Program-made: the position numbers and the translations under genes | Origin: Setoptus koraiensis | Taxonomy: Eukaryota; Animalia; Arthropoda | Reading direction: 5' to 3' | NCBI GenBank assembly: GCA_048013815.1 | Contig: CM106586.1 | Coordinates: 15,686,001 to 15,750,000 of the forward strand | DNA: 64,000 nucleotides | Shown here: positions 27,365 to 40,944 of the stretch, in pieces | How the letters are laid out: every line of letters starts with the position of its first letter | How positions within the stretch are numbered: position 1 is the first letter of the stretch | The notes under the pieces: generated by a model | Database searches by the model: none | Told to the model about the DNA's origin: nothing | Seen by the model: the letters and a program-made list of their open reading frames with translations, nothing else

Positions 27365-28957
27365 GTCGTAATGTAAGCCTTTGGGCACACGATCACTGTG
27401 CACGGTAGACAGACGCACCACTAATCATAACTCAAGGCAGCAAGGCGTTATTATTGCAAGTGTGCACATTGTATAGTTGGCGAGAAGAAGAGGAACAAGA
27501 AAATGGATAAGCGCCCTCGCTTGTCTGAGCCTAATACTTATGTAATGAGCGTTGTAAGCTGTTAAGCCAATCAGGCTGTGTGTGTATTTTTATAAAAGTA
27601 AAGTATTATTACGACGTACAATATATATATATATCCACTGCTGCCGCTGCTGCTACAGTGCAAGTCATGATTTGCAGTTTGCAGCCATTACACAACAGGC
27701 TATCCAAACACACACACACAGCAACAGCGTCTGCAAGCGTGCCTATCATCTGTGACCTGGAGCGCAGTGTGTGCGCGGCGTAGCCGGTTCTACAATGTTC
27801 GGCCATGTTCTTGTATGCTGAACATGGTAAATGTTGCATGTTGCATGTCGTGTGTGTGTGTGTGTAGCGCAGTGAGAGTGGAACAGCAGCCGAGGGTTAA
27901 CCCTTTGGCTGCTGCCTATAGACTCTGTAGTATAGACGCTGTAGTATGGACGCTGTACTACAGCGGCTGTAGTATGGACGCTGTAGTCGGTAGTATAGAC
28001 GCCGTAGTATAGAGCCTGTTTAGAGGCAGCTGAACGTCGCACAAACGACGTCGAACAAAGCCAATGGCACACACGCCGGCCTCTGTGCCAATGGCGGCTC
28101 GTCCTCGTTTAGCTCGTTGGTGGCGGCTAGCCGCGTTGTTGTTTCATGCGTTGCTGTTGCTGTTGCTGCTGCTGCCGGCGCTGCCAGTTATCGCTATACG
28201 AATGGCGATGCAAGCTGTTATATAGTATCCAGTGTGTGTTCGCAGGCCGACTTATTTCGGTCTGACAACGTTCACACTGCATGCACAACTGACATAAAAC
28301 TGGCTGCAATACACAATGTAGTATTATTTGTGCACACACACTGCACAGCCGTGTTGTGTCGCTGCCGGGCCTGGGTGGCTGACTCAAGCCCAGCAACATG
28401 ACATTTACGCTAGCGAGGCTGGCCTTGTTGCGTTATGGTCGGCGCCGTAGTTACACAATTTTTCCTCAAGGAGTTGGCCCACTTGCTGGTGCCGTGTGTA
28501 CAGCTTGTGGCGCACACAAGCAGCGCACCCGAGCTCCCTCTATGCGTGCTGGCCCAACTATAGTTGGCGTATGTTTGAGTTGCCAGGCGCAGGTTGGCGA
28601 GCGCAACGACACAAGTTGTGCCTGACACACAAGTTGCGAGCCGGCGTCGACTATTGCGATACAACACAACGCAACCAAACTGCACGCTATTGTGGCCAGC
28701 TGTGTGCCTAATTGTGATTAATGGGTTCAGGCACAGGCCGGTTTGAGCGCAACATTCCTACTAATGTGCAGCACAGATTGGCAAGCCAGCGGTGATGTAG
28801 CCTACATCATGTAGGCTGTGTGTGTGCGGTTGTGTTTCGCTCAACGGCAACGCCAGGCCACAACACACACACTCACATATTTCCCCCTTTAGTCGCCTAT
28901 CGCAGGAGTCCCTCTTTTAGTCTTTGTGTGTGCGCTACTTCTGTGTGTCTGCTGCTG

Positions 28958-28989
<32 letters not shown>

Positions 28990-31417
28990 TCGTTCGTTCG
29001 TTCGTTCGTTCGTTTGCCGACGTCGAATGAACGACGACGACGACGACGACGAATTTAGTCTCAAATTCGATTACGACTCTCCCTGTGTTTAGTGTGTCTC
29101 TCTCGCTAGCAACAACATTGTTCGCTAACCACCAAATAGTTGGATGGCTGGCACTTTTCCTCTCTCCCCTCACAACTGCTTCCTCTATTGACACGAAACC
29201 AACCATTATTATTCTAATTACTCCGTTGTATCACACCACCAATAGCACCGATATCGATATTGCATCATTACTATTATCACCATCGTCACCATTAGCTTGA
29301 TCACCGTTGATAGGTGGCCAACGGCGGCGCCGGCAGCAGCAGCAACAACAACAACAATATCAGTGATATATATTACAATTGTTGTTGGTATTACGACGAC
29401 AATTATTAGAGAATATAAATATTACCAACTTAGCGATATAGGTTTGTGACCAGATAGAGCGAAAAGAATCAAGCGATTGTCACACACACACACACTGTCG
29501 ATATTGATAGACACACATCACAACTTATATAGTTTTACACTGATCTGATCTTCACTATTTATAATCTACTACCGACAGCAACCACGTTTCACCAACTGGG
29601 ATATCTTTATCGTCGTGCCCACAATGAACGACCACGATAATATTCGTCGCCACTATCATCATGCCACTTATTTTCGATGACGACCGTCGTCATTATCACC
29701 ACACACACACACACACACACCCATTTACAAACCTTAATCTATCCACCACCACAAACTGATTTATTGGGAATGGCACCAAACTGTAAATATCGACACAACA
29801 ACATTATACCAACATTCACTTCAGATGACTAGTACCATTGAAATAATCCAACAATTATTATTATTATGAAAATATTCCATTACAATTATCATCTATCAAT
29901 TATGCTGCAACATATACACATCTTTGACAACTAATCATCGATGCCATCACCATTTTCATCATTTATACCATCTGCAATTGTGATCATAATCAATCCACTA
30001 TCAATCGTCATTTAAAACTTCATGGTCGTATCGACAAAATAAAACAACTTTATTTGCACTCATACACCGACCAACTATATACACTAACCAAACAACATCC
30101 ACCCATGTTCATATATTTCAGCTTCCATCATTTTCGCAAATATACATAAAGTCAAGTATTTCTTCTAGTAGTATGGTCACACAAACGCACCCAGACATAC
30201 AACACACCACTAGCAATTATAATTCTAAATCAATTCGAGATTTTCAATCTTGTTTAGATTGTTGGATATTCCAATGACAATCATCTCGGATCTATTGGAT
30301 GTAACTTACAGTAGTGACTCGACGATCGCCTTATTTATGTTTCAGGATTACACTTGAATATATATATAACAAATATATATATATATATATATCATAACAA
30401 GAAAACTCATCAGACATGCATCTTAAAAGATTCGGTCTCTAAATATTAGCCACTCTATATCTCTGGCTCTAATTATATCTACACATGATAGAAACAAACA
30501 AAAGAACTATTGATGATATTATAAAAGATCCTTAAGAAACTATTTGGTCCCCATTTGGAAACTATTATTATTTTTACTTTTATTGTCTAACAATATATTT
30601 TAGCATACTGATTGCTACCAAACTCTGTTTTCAGGACTTTAATTGATTTGGCCAAGCCAATTTCAAGCTCAGATTGACTGTTGAATTGCTCAAAAGTACT
30701 AGGAAACAAAAACATGCAATCATAATATACAACTGTATCGATGCGGTTCTCTTAATGAACCTCGCTATTGATACTCAACTGAATCATATTTTCAGCAATT
30801 GTCTGCAGTATCAATAGTAATTTAATTACTAAGACACAAATTTAAACCTATTGAGATTCAACCAGTGTGACAACCTAAATTCTACAATTTATTACACTTT
30901 GTAAATATATATTGCAAGACGACATTCAGTGATCGCAGGATTTGTCAGTGAGACCTCTCAGAATATTAATGTTATTTTGAATCACTGGCACTTACCAAGA
31001 AAAAGGAAAACACTTTTTTTAATTCCAGCACAAGAGCAGCATATAAGTGTAGGAAATTTGGTATTTCGCAACTTTTCATCCAATAGAGCATTCGTTCCTT
31101 GAACGCGAGCCCGACCTACAAGCTCAAAAAGTGCACACTAGAAAACAAAAACTCAGATCTTTCAACAACGAAATTTGGTGAATGAATAGCATCAAAGTTA
31201 CTTCGTTTGTCTTCACCCATGAAAGAAGCCCTCTCTATTATGGTACATAGAGTTGCTTTCTTCATCTTGAAGCTCTTTCTAATAAAAGACTGACTAGGCG
31301 CGCATTAAACGTTAGGAGCGCCAGGCGCAACACCTTATCCACTTTTCATCGGATGGGAACCGCGCACCTTCAAGCTAAGCGAAATCTAGACGAGATTTCA
31401 GGCACTCTCAAATACAG

Positions 31418-33651
31418 ATGGCCGTTGTGGCAAGTGATGAAAGGGTTATTGCTTCAGATATCCATAGTGGACAACACAGAAATGGACCTGATTTGCAGCC
31501 ATTCTCTTATCTTTCTCTACAACAAAATCAGCAGACACTAAGTATCACGACTCTGGATGTTCTCGATCAAAACCTCTCTCAAAGAGTTCACATAAATCAA
31601 GTTCAAAACATGAATACTAATAATGTTCCTATGAATCAAGAAGACCGAGTCAACATTGGTGATCCTAGTATTGATCAATCACGCTCTCTAACGACTGATG
31701 GTCCAATATATCACCAATCATCAACTAATGAAAGCTCAGCTGTCCATACTTTGATGAATTTAGGAGATTCACAATCATCAAAAGGCACTGAGTCGAGGCT
31801 ACAAAATCGTTTACAGCACATACAACAAACAAATCAAGCAACACAGAATAGGCAATACTCCACCATGAATAAGAATTTACCTCTGAAAAAAATCAAAGTA
31901 GATTTTAGTAGATTTGTGCAGCCAGAATTGGCCCTGGTCGTCTCATCTCAGTGTGATAATATCATCGATAATGTAACTTGTACTCCGCAAGTGTCCTCGG
32001 CGAGGGTGGACTCTAATCTGGTCCCTCATATGAACCCGACTCAGGTCTTGATTGTTACGAATAATGGATCTCAACAAGAGCAACAGCAACAACAACAGAA
32101 CACTGGTTATCTGTCTAATGAATTCAATTCTCACATGCAGCAACAAGTCAACTCTAGTCTTAGATTAAATCTTAATAACAATCCATCAGACACCGATCGT
32201 ATTCAAGCTCAAGTGAGCAATCATTACAATGAGAAAAATGTCGCGCTCAATTTTAGTCATGATCTAACTCAACCTGGGATTGCCCACCAGGTTCATCCAA
32301 CCCAAATGAATCAGCATCATCTTTTACATCAGGATACAACAAGACTACTGTGTGAAAATGGTCAATTCAGTGGTGCATTACCTGTTGGTAGTAGTTGGAG
32401 AACGAGCCATGAATCACTGAGTCCTATGAAACACTCCGATGTGATCTATCAAAATGGATGTAGCACTTCCGCAGGCCAAGCGCCTTCACAACCTTGGAAT
32501 CATCATGATACATCCAATCAATCTAGTTTAGCGGATCAAGCAAATTGCTATCGTCAGAATAGGACATCAAATATTCCAAGTCAATTTAGTAATCGGAGTA
32601 ACATGACCTCATCGGAACATCAAAACGCAGCATTTTCTTACAATGTGCACCATCAACTCGCGGCTGGACATATGGGCTATAGGTCTTTAAGCCATCAGAG
32701 TCATCATCAGCCACTTACGAGTCTGAATCCACATTCTTCCATGACGAGTAACCACCATTATGATTCAAAGTCTAATAGCAGATCGCAGACTACGACACCC
32801 TCGGTGAATGATGCTCAATCGTCTATAGGACCCATAAATTCTGATCAATCGTCAAGCTTCCATTCGAATCCACAATCGAATCCGTCTGCAAGTCAGCCCT
32901 CAACATCCAGATCTTCTACTATGAGTCAGAAACCTCACAGTTTTGAATGCATTACTTGTGGAAAGGTCTTACCATCTAGAAGTCTTTACCAGATTCACAT
33001 CAAATCTCATTCCCAGGATCAGGGCAAGTATTTTCTTAGAGGTTTCTTAGGTATAAATAGGTCTGTATAACTTTAGCTCAAGTCTAACTTTTCTTTTGCG
33101 TTCATTTATTTTCAATCCTTAGGCTCCAAGTCCAAGTTCAGTTGTGGAATATGTGGGCACAGTTTTTCGCAGAAAACATCACTTAACCGTCATATGAAGT
33201 CGCACACGGGTAAGCTTTCTGTCTTCAATATACAAATCACATAATTGCTTAGACCCATTCTCATGTTTTCTGCCAAATCATCTTTTCATCACAATATCAG
33301 GGGAGAGACCATTCCCTTGTGAGATATGCGCTAAATCTTTTTCAGAGAAAGAGAGATTAAAAATCCATATGCGTACGCACACTGTAAGTTTATAGACATC
33401 TACTTTGCTAGTCGATTCAACAGAATTTACTCATCGTCATACTAACAATATTGTGATTCTCTTCCAAGGGTGAAAAGCCGTTCAGTTGTCATGTCTGTGG
33501 TAAATCATTTTCTCAAAAGTCAACTGTCAAGCGACATCAAACCGTGCATACAGGCGAAAAGAAGTTTCGATGCGATTGCGGAAAAGGTTTTGCTAATCGA
33601 GGCAATCTAATTGCTCATATCAAGACACGTGGTGCCAATCATTCGGAGTGA
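31418..33651 (+). CDS. Kruppel-like C2H2 zinc finger protein with a long Q/N/S/H-rich N-terminus and 5 C-terminal fingers (the last one degenerate)
   Basis: Exon 1 runs from 31418 to ~33023-33050 (donor ambiguous) and ends with finger [23 protein letters not shown]. Exons 33123-33209, 33301-33383 and 33469-33651 join in frame through AG acceptors and gtaagc/gtaagt donors. They give [112 protein letters not shown]. Confidence 0.88.
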
Positions 33652-36431
33652 TAGGTGGACACAAATTTAAACAGTTCTACGTGATTGTGTTATCCAGCTA
33701 ATATTTTTGGAGCAAGCTACTAACATCAAGTGAGACAAATCAACAAATAGCAAGCCAAATATTGATTATCGAGCCTAGCTTATTTCGAAGTGCTCGATTC
33801 TAATGTGTTAGCGCTCTTGATCTGGTACCATTTGATATTTAGCAACAATGAACATTGTTGTGATACTTATATTAGTGAAAAAGTTTTGATCTTAGGCAGT
33901 GTGAGGAGTATAAAATGAACGAGATCTTCGCATAAGAGAAATGTAGCCTTCAAAAATGAATGATAACAGCATTAAATGATGAGAACGTGAATGTATGTGA
34001 TTGATCGAATTTCAGGAATGGTGGCTATGATTTAGTTTCTTTTTTCCAGGCGAAAAAGGACTATCATCACCTAACAGATTGTTGAACTAGCTAAGTTTAT
34101 GAATGATCAATGTGAACTTTTATCCAAAATATTTATCGGATCGATAAAGGACAGACACATGGCAATTTTAATACGAGATCACCGTCAGTGACTAACCATG
34201 TTTAGCGAGTGGTAACAGAACGTGAGATAAAGCAGTGAGGATTTGCATTTTGCGATGAAAGACAAGAAGTGAGGATTTTAAGCTTGATTTTCGGATTATT
34301 GAGAGCAAAGCGAATGATTGATGTCTATATTAAAAAATTGGTTCAAACCAGTAGACAATTTTCAAATTCGATAAAGAAAGTTAAAATATAACCAATGTGA
34401 TTATAGGTAACACGCAAGCAAACGTTTGGATATGTTGAACATCTCATAAAATAGTTCATGGAAAAAGTTGTCCAAAGAAAGAAGGATTGAGTAGGAATTT
34501 TACAAAGAAGAAAAACAAAAGACACTGGGATATCTTCCTTAAACATCAGGAAATTAACATAGATGATAGAATATTTGTTTCTTTCTTTTGGATACATTCG
34601 GAGACATTCAGAAGTCGATGGATTTCTAAAGTATTTATAGAGTATTAGAAAATGGAAGAAACAAATCTTCAAACAGCTACAACAATATGGAATGTAAATT
34701 GCATCGTTTACATTCAGGATCTTCGTTACAGCAAGCGACCGGTGTTTGGACTAAAAGCCCGAGCTGGATAAGGCTTAGCCGCGCGAGCTAAAGAATAAAA
34801 AAATTGATTGACAAAATTTCAGTGACCTATACAATATTTTCATGATAAGTGCTTAACAACAGCGTAATCAATGACATTCAGACCAGTTAGAGCACTAGCG
34901 TACCAGAACTAAGGGAACGCAACTTTAAATTAATACTAAAAAACTAAGCAGTAGGAAATTATTTTGGCTGCTCAGGAGAGGTTTGAAGCTATCTGAGCTG
35001 CGTTGAATATTTTTTGTACTCACTCCAATTAATAAATTTCAGGAGTAGACAAACATGAGTGAGTGAGTAGGTGATTGTTCAAGTGAACAAGAAAAAGTGA
35101 AATATAAATATATAAGTAATAAAATAAAAATCAAATCTAGGTTGATATTAGACTCACAGACGAGAGCGAGAAAGAATAAGTGTTTTTATGATCAACAATA
35201 AAATCATTCAAACATTACTAGGGACCATCATCAGATCACTTTTGAGGTCGCACAGTACGATAGACTTGGTTAGGCGCTGTTTTTTCAGTCTGTGCTATCT
35301 GATGTTGGTTCGTTCTGATACAATTTTGATCGCGAGAAAAGTCATATAGTCCCGATAGAATCGTTTGTAATCGAAGCGAAGCACTCATTGAATGCTAGAG
35401 CCTCACAAGCGGTGCTTTACCACGAGCGGTATCTGTTGGTATCGAGAATACATGACCGTAGAACAACATGAGCGCCATGATTGTTGTAGCCCTGGTGATT
35501 CTTTGTACACGTACCCGGCTCTTCACTATAGTATAGCCTTTTCAAAATGATAAGCTCTCTATGCCCGATAAAATTTGTCAACGATATGTTAGCTGTTAAC
35601 CAGTAAGTCAGTTGCTCCATCAAGATACACATGAGACGTGATATTAGCGACATTTTTATCTGAAATATAGGAGAGGTTGTTACTTCTGTCAGGTAGGCTC
35701 TGTTGCTCATGGTCACAAAAGCAAGATTCTAAAAATGAATCTCTAGTGTAGCCAAGCAAACGTTTCCACAAACATACACGCACACACACACACACACACA
35801 CACATACTCAAGCACACACAAAGATAGAAACAGTCACACGCACTATCGTACTATCGCACTATCGCACGCAGACAATGCAAGCGCGATTCAATCAAAGGAT
35901 GCTGAGATATTAGTGCTAATAGGAAGTCCTTCCAACTGGTCAATATATTCCTGCGTCACCTGGCTGGGGGATCAACACTATGCTTTAGCCATATTGATCT
36001 CACTAAATATTCATTATTTTTTATTAATTATCATCGTTTTTTATCTCTACCATTACAACAACTGCAAACACCGAATTATTCATTATTTATAATGCCCATC
36101 GCCAGCATTGAATATATAGAGGCCATAAATAGGAATCGAGAGCGATAGAGAGAAGAAGAGCATTAGCATCGACTAAGCGTACAAGCGGCCGATATAAATT
36201 TATACCGCATCACATCATCTCATTAGCATTCCATCGTTTTTCTCTTTTTAAATTGAGAACATAAACACATTTTGTCCACAACTGTTTAATTTATTTATTT
36301 GATTTTTTTCATCAGTATTATTATTATTATTATATTCATCAGTATTGGAATAACCGAGCTGAAACTCGATCAAATTATTGCTCACTCAAACCATTACACA
36401 CATTTTGGACAATTATTTTTTTCTCTACATT

Positions 36432-38123
36432 ATGTCGAATCAAATTAGAACAGCAACAAGGGCCGACAATGAGCCAGCAGTGTCCGCAAACAACAACAAC
36501 AATGACCACAACGACCAAGACGACGATATAGACATGAAACAAATCATCATCGATCCAAGTGCCGGTATACCTGTTGGTCAGGTAGTCTATAGGTGTGCTT
36601 TGTGTAGGAAAATCTGTGAATCGCCTCATGTGGCCACATTACACTATCAGGTTGATCACATTGAGGTTCTTGGTGTCAATAACAGTCATGCGGGCGGTAG
36701 GGCCGGCTCAACAAGTGTGACATCGTCCAAGACTGTTTCGGGAACATCGTTGTTGGCCAACAACAATAATAGTCCCCAAACATGTAATGTTGCCAGTAGG
36801 GATCATGGTGCCACTACAACTTCCTCAACCCACCAACGTAATCACACTAACAATAATTCATTTCACAGCAACAATAGATCATCAAATCAGCATCAACGCA
36901 GTTCCACTGGTTACAATACTCACGCTACGAGGCCCATACAAAATCGTCATGTTGGCAGTAGCATCAATAACATCAACAACATGAACGATAGAAACAGCGT
37001 ACATAATTCGTCTGTCAACAATATAGGTAACAACAATAGCAAAACCAATAGCAACAATGATAGAGCACAGCACCAATCTCAACTTGCACGCTCAATCGAA
37101 TTGGCTAGACGAAACATTTACACTAATGCTAACAGTCCGGCCAACTCCAGAGCGACAGCAAACGCGAGGACCGCCTTAGTGAGGCCAGATAAGAAAAAAC
37201 TCAATGTTAGCCAATTGCAACAACATGAACAACAACCAACTTATGTGGATAGTCTGGTGAAAGATTCCGCCTCGAACCAACTGACTTCTCTTAATCAGAG
37301 ACGACCCACCAGCGTTCAATCAACGGAACAACAGACTCAACCTGGCGAGGCCAATATCAATCAATCATGTTCAGTGGCCACTAGTAATTCTACCCCAATG
37401 GAGAAACAAAAATCCAATGCACCGACTAACAAGAACAAGGAACAGGTCGCAACAACGACAACAAACACTCCACAACAGTCGAGGCGCACCACAAAGAATG
37501 ACCAGGAATCAGCTACGAAGAGTGCCGTTGTTAGTAAGCACGCCACCAGATATTCAACAAGTCGAAATAACCAGACTGCACCATTAAACGATATAGTTAG
37601 TAGTGATACTGTCACTGTTGGTAATGCCACGAAGACACTTCGCACAAGAAACAGTGTTTATTCTTTGGAAAAGAAAACCAATGAAGCTACTAACCATATT
37701 GTAGATAAAAACGAAGAGCCCTCTGGCACTCAATCTACTTATCCAATAAACCAGGACGATAGTAAACCTATGGCCGATCAGCTACAACAACAGAGCAAGA
37801 CTGAGGCCAATAAATCGCTGAGAAGTCAATCTTCAAATCGAGTGATTGATAAAGCAGACACCACCAAAAATTCCACTGTTGTTTCGCCAACTACTAGCGC
37901 CGACTCTACAAACCGTAAGAGATATTCGAATAGATCCTCCTCCCTAAATTCATCACGAAGAAATTCCACAGAATCTGCAAATGGTACCGATGCCGCCAAC
38001 TCCAGCCTTCTGACGATTAATCAGTCGAAGAATGCGACTGTTGCAGAGAAAGCCTCTCCCGTCAAACGACAGAAACGGAAAGTGGGTAGAAGATGGACGG
38101 TGAAAAGAAGGAAAGCCGACTAA
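36432..38123 (+). CDS. Orphan low-complexity (N/S/T/Q-rich) protein with one C2H2-like finger and a C-terminal basic NLS-like tail
   Basis: 1.7-kb ORF in AT-rich DNA, first ATG at 36432. It contains YRCALCRKICESPHVATLHYQVDH (C-x2-C-x12-H-x4-H) and ends KRQKRKVGRRWTVKRRKAD. No family recognised. Confidence 0.7.
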   Translation: MSNQIRTATRADNEPAVSANNNNNDHNDQDDDIDMKQIIIDPSAGIPVGQVVYRCALCRKICESPHVATLHYQVDHIEVLGVNNSHAGGRAGSTSVTSSKTVSGTSLLANNNNSPQTCNVASRDHGATTTSSTHQRNHTNNNSFHSNNRSSNQHQRSSTGYNTHATRPIQNRHVGSSINNINNMNDRNSVHNSSVNNIGNNNSKTNSNNDRAQHQSQLARSIELARRNIYTNANSPANSRATANARTALVRPDKKKLNVSQLQQHEQQPTYVDSLVKDSASNQLTSLNQRRPTSVQSTEQQTQPGEANINQSCSVATSNSTPMEKQKSNAPTNKNKEQVATTTTNTPQQSRRTTKNDQESATKSAVVSKHATRYSTSRNNQTAPLNDIVSSDTVTVGNATKTLRTRNSVYSLEKKTNEATNHIVDKNEEPSGTQSTYPINQDDSKPMADQLQQQSKTEANKSLRSQSSNRVIDKADTTKNSTVVSPTTSADSTNRKRYSNRSSSLNSSRRNSTESANGTDAANSSLLTINQSKNATVAEKASPVKRQKRKVGRRWTVKRRKAD

Positions 38124-38408
38124 TCTTTTTTCTGATTCATGACGATATCAAAACTTTAAGAAAGCGACTAATGTACAATCAAATACATTTTTTAATTTTT
38201 TCGCGTTACAAATTTTCATTTGAGCCGATACTCTTCTGAAAACAACTATACAACTTGACGTCAACAATATCCACTATGATCTTGGAGTTTCCATAGAGGT
38301 GGATAAGGCGGGCGACCTAGTAGTTAAGACTAGAATTCTACCATGTTTAAGGGTAATCTCGGGGTCAGCTCAAGAAGTTCAGCTCCCCTTGGATATAAAT
38401 AAACTGTA

Positions 38409-38915
38409 TTAATCATCATCATCAACAAACTTAAAAGTTTTACCATCTTTAACGTTATCCGCTCGAACGTTTATTCTGACCGTATCGTCATCGATTATCT
38501 TAGCCTGCATCACATTTTTGCGTAGGTATTCTTCGGCTAGCTCCGCAAACTCTATGGACTGAAAAGAATTAACGGAGAAAATTTGAAGCATTTATTAATA
38601 GTGGCACAGTTCTAGACTAATGAGTTGCAGCAGTTTGATACGATCGGTTTAGCAAACACACCTTCATTATTTCGGCTTGATCCTGAATGTGCCTATTCTT
38701 TTCGAATGCTTCTTTGATGGCTGAACGCGATTCTTTGATAGCAAAGTCGTCATCTGCAATAGTTAGTGTGACAATTTTTGATTATATGATGGAGATATTA
38801 CCAATTCAGAATTTAGTTCGCTGTGATGATTGTGGGACAAACCTTTGAAGACAACCTTCCTTGTTCTTAGAAGCTTTTTATAGCAATTCAAAACTTGCCG
38901 GCGTGTAGATAACAT
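38409..38915 (-). CDS. LYRM7: Complex III assembly factor LYRM7/MZM1-like (LYR motif protein)
   Basis: Exons 38915-38843, 38753-38662 and 38558-38409 join through GT-AG introns of 89 and 103 nt. The product is MLSTRRQVLNCYKKLLRTRKVVFKDDDFAIKESRSAIKEAFEKNRHIQDQAEIMKSIEFAELAEEYLRKNVMQAKIIDDDTVRINVR..., which parallels LYRM7 (VLQLFKTLHRTRQQVFKND..). Confidence 0.8.
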
Positions 38916-39627
38916 CAGATATCAATGTGGATCTTGAGTAAGCGATAGTAGATACGATCTTTGGTTGAGACTGTGTAAAATTTATTTATTGTAACCCATA
39001 GCACATGTAGAGTGGAGAGAATTTGGATAATCCGTTGAAATTGTACATGAGGTTCGAGTTATTCATCAACAAATAGCATGTGTTAGCCAAGACATATTTG
39101 TGCCCGTGGGCGTGTCTTCGACGCTCTCTATGCGGATAGTCTTGCCTCGTTGCAAGTAGAGCATAAGCGCTTCAATTTGTTTTCAGAAGTGATCAGTGCT
39201 TTGGGCAGAGACATGGGCGAACGGGCATGCCCAGCTGGGCGAGCTCTCTGTCCGCAGCACTAACAGTGATGCGGTTAAGTTTTTTACAGTCCATGGTTTC
39301 AAATTCATCTACTGTAAAAATATCTTGGCACCATTCATACAGGCTTGAAGTATTAATCATTCATCACCATTGGGGACTTAAGGAATGCTTACTGTGGTTA
39401 ATCTAGTCACCATGAGATTTCAATGATAGAAATCAGATCACCGTCAAGAAGTAATTTATATAATAGAAGTTTGTCTCAATAGTGTTGTTAGTAGGATTGG
39501 GTTCAATAGAGGTAGTTCTGTTGTCGATTGAAATATTATAATACCTATTAGAACAGGGATCAAGAAAACCACAACGTCAATAGAATAACAGATACACCGA
39601 GGAAACGATATAGAAATAGGCAGTAGG

Positions 39628-40944
39628 ATGGACAATCAAGGACGGAAGATAATTGTTTGTGACAATGGGACCGGCTTTATAAAATGTGGCTATGCCGGCT
39701 CAAATTTTCCCCTTAAAACCTTTCCTTCACTCGTAGGTAGACCAATAATTAGAGCAGTGAATCGTATTGACGGTATTGAAGTCAAAGATCTTATGGTAGG
39801 CGACGAAGCAAACAAATTACGTTCCTTATTAGAATTGTCCTATCCTATGGAGAACGGTATTGTTAGGAATTGGGAAGATATGTGCCATGTGTGGGATTAT
39901 ACCTTTTTTGAGAAAATGCAAATTGATCCAACCGACTGTAAGATACTCTTGACCGATCCACCCATGAATCCAATATCAAATAGAAGAAAAATGTTGGAGA
40001 CCATGTTCGAGAAATACGGCTTCCACTCGGCATACATTGCCATTCAAGCTGTACTCACTCTTTATGCTCAAGGTAAATCAACCCTCTTTTCGCACTGATA
40101 TTCTGTTATTCAATGTTTTCCACATTATTCAATATTATCTTCAACGTCTTATCATGTTTCTCATATGTATATACGAATGGTAGGTCTTCTAACTGGAGTT
40201 GTCGTGGACAGTGGCGATGGAGTAACTCACATTTGTCCTGTCTACGAAGGCTATGCCCTACCGCATTTGACCAAAAGACTAGATATAGCTGGACGTGACA
40301 TAACCAGATACTTGACCAACCTATTAAGGCTTCGTGGGTACGCCTTCAATCACACAGCAGATTTTGAGACAATCAGAATGCTAAAAGAGAAATTGTGTTA
40401 TTGTGCTTATAATGTGAAACAAGAGCAACTACTTGCAACTGAGACAACCTATCTCACGACACAATACACTCTCCCTGATGGACGAGTGATTAGGCTAGGA
40501 GGGGAAAGGTTCGAAGCAACAGAGGCTTTATTCCAGCCACATCTAATCAATGTAGAAGGCCAAGGCATTGCAGAGTTATTATTTAATACAATTCAAAGCG
40601 CTGACATGGATATCAGGAGTGAATTATACAAGCATGTAGTATTGAGTGGGGGCTCAACAATGTATCCAGGTCTCCCTTCAAGGCTAGAAAAAGAACTAAA
40701 GCATCTGTATCTAGACAGGGTCTTGAATGGGGACTATGAGAGATTGCAAAAATTCAAAATACGTATCGAAGATCCTCCAAACCGCAAAGATATGGTATTC
40801 ATTGGTGGAGCAGTATTAGCTGAAGTGATGAAAGACAAATCTGAATTTTGGTTGTCCAAAGAGAAATACGAAGAGATCGGCATTGAAAGGCTCATGTTTC
40901 TGAAATATGGTACCGCCAATGCACATAATACTAATGTAATGTAA
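39628..40944 (+). CDS. ACTR2: Actin-related protein 2 (Arp2/3 complex)
   Basis: Exon 1 is 39628-40072 ([28 protein letters not shown]...[11 protein letters not shown]). A 111-nt GT-AG intron spans 40073-40183. Exon 2 is 40184-40944 ([23 protein letters not shown]...[21 protein letters not shown]). The Arp2-specific motifs are intact. Confidence 0.97.

Noticed and set aside
17264-29300. ORFs such as 18310-18801, 22246-22713 and 24953-25162
   Set aside because: No family motifs or consistent exon chains, and the composition matches non-coding low-complexity DNA.
34343-34672. 109-aa hydrophobic minus-strand ORF
   Set aside because: It starts at TTG, has no recognisable motif, and its F/I/Y richness follows from AT-rich composition.
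34688-34715. TGGAATGTAAA matching the 5' half of miR-1
   Set aside because: The 3' half does not match, and it lies on the 5' arm of a 9-bp hairpin rather than the 3' arm of a pre-miRNA-sized stem.
35221-35801. Coding-looking segment upstream of the orphan ORF
   Set aside because: All frames I translated are short or interrupted, and no homology was recognised.
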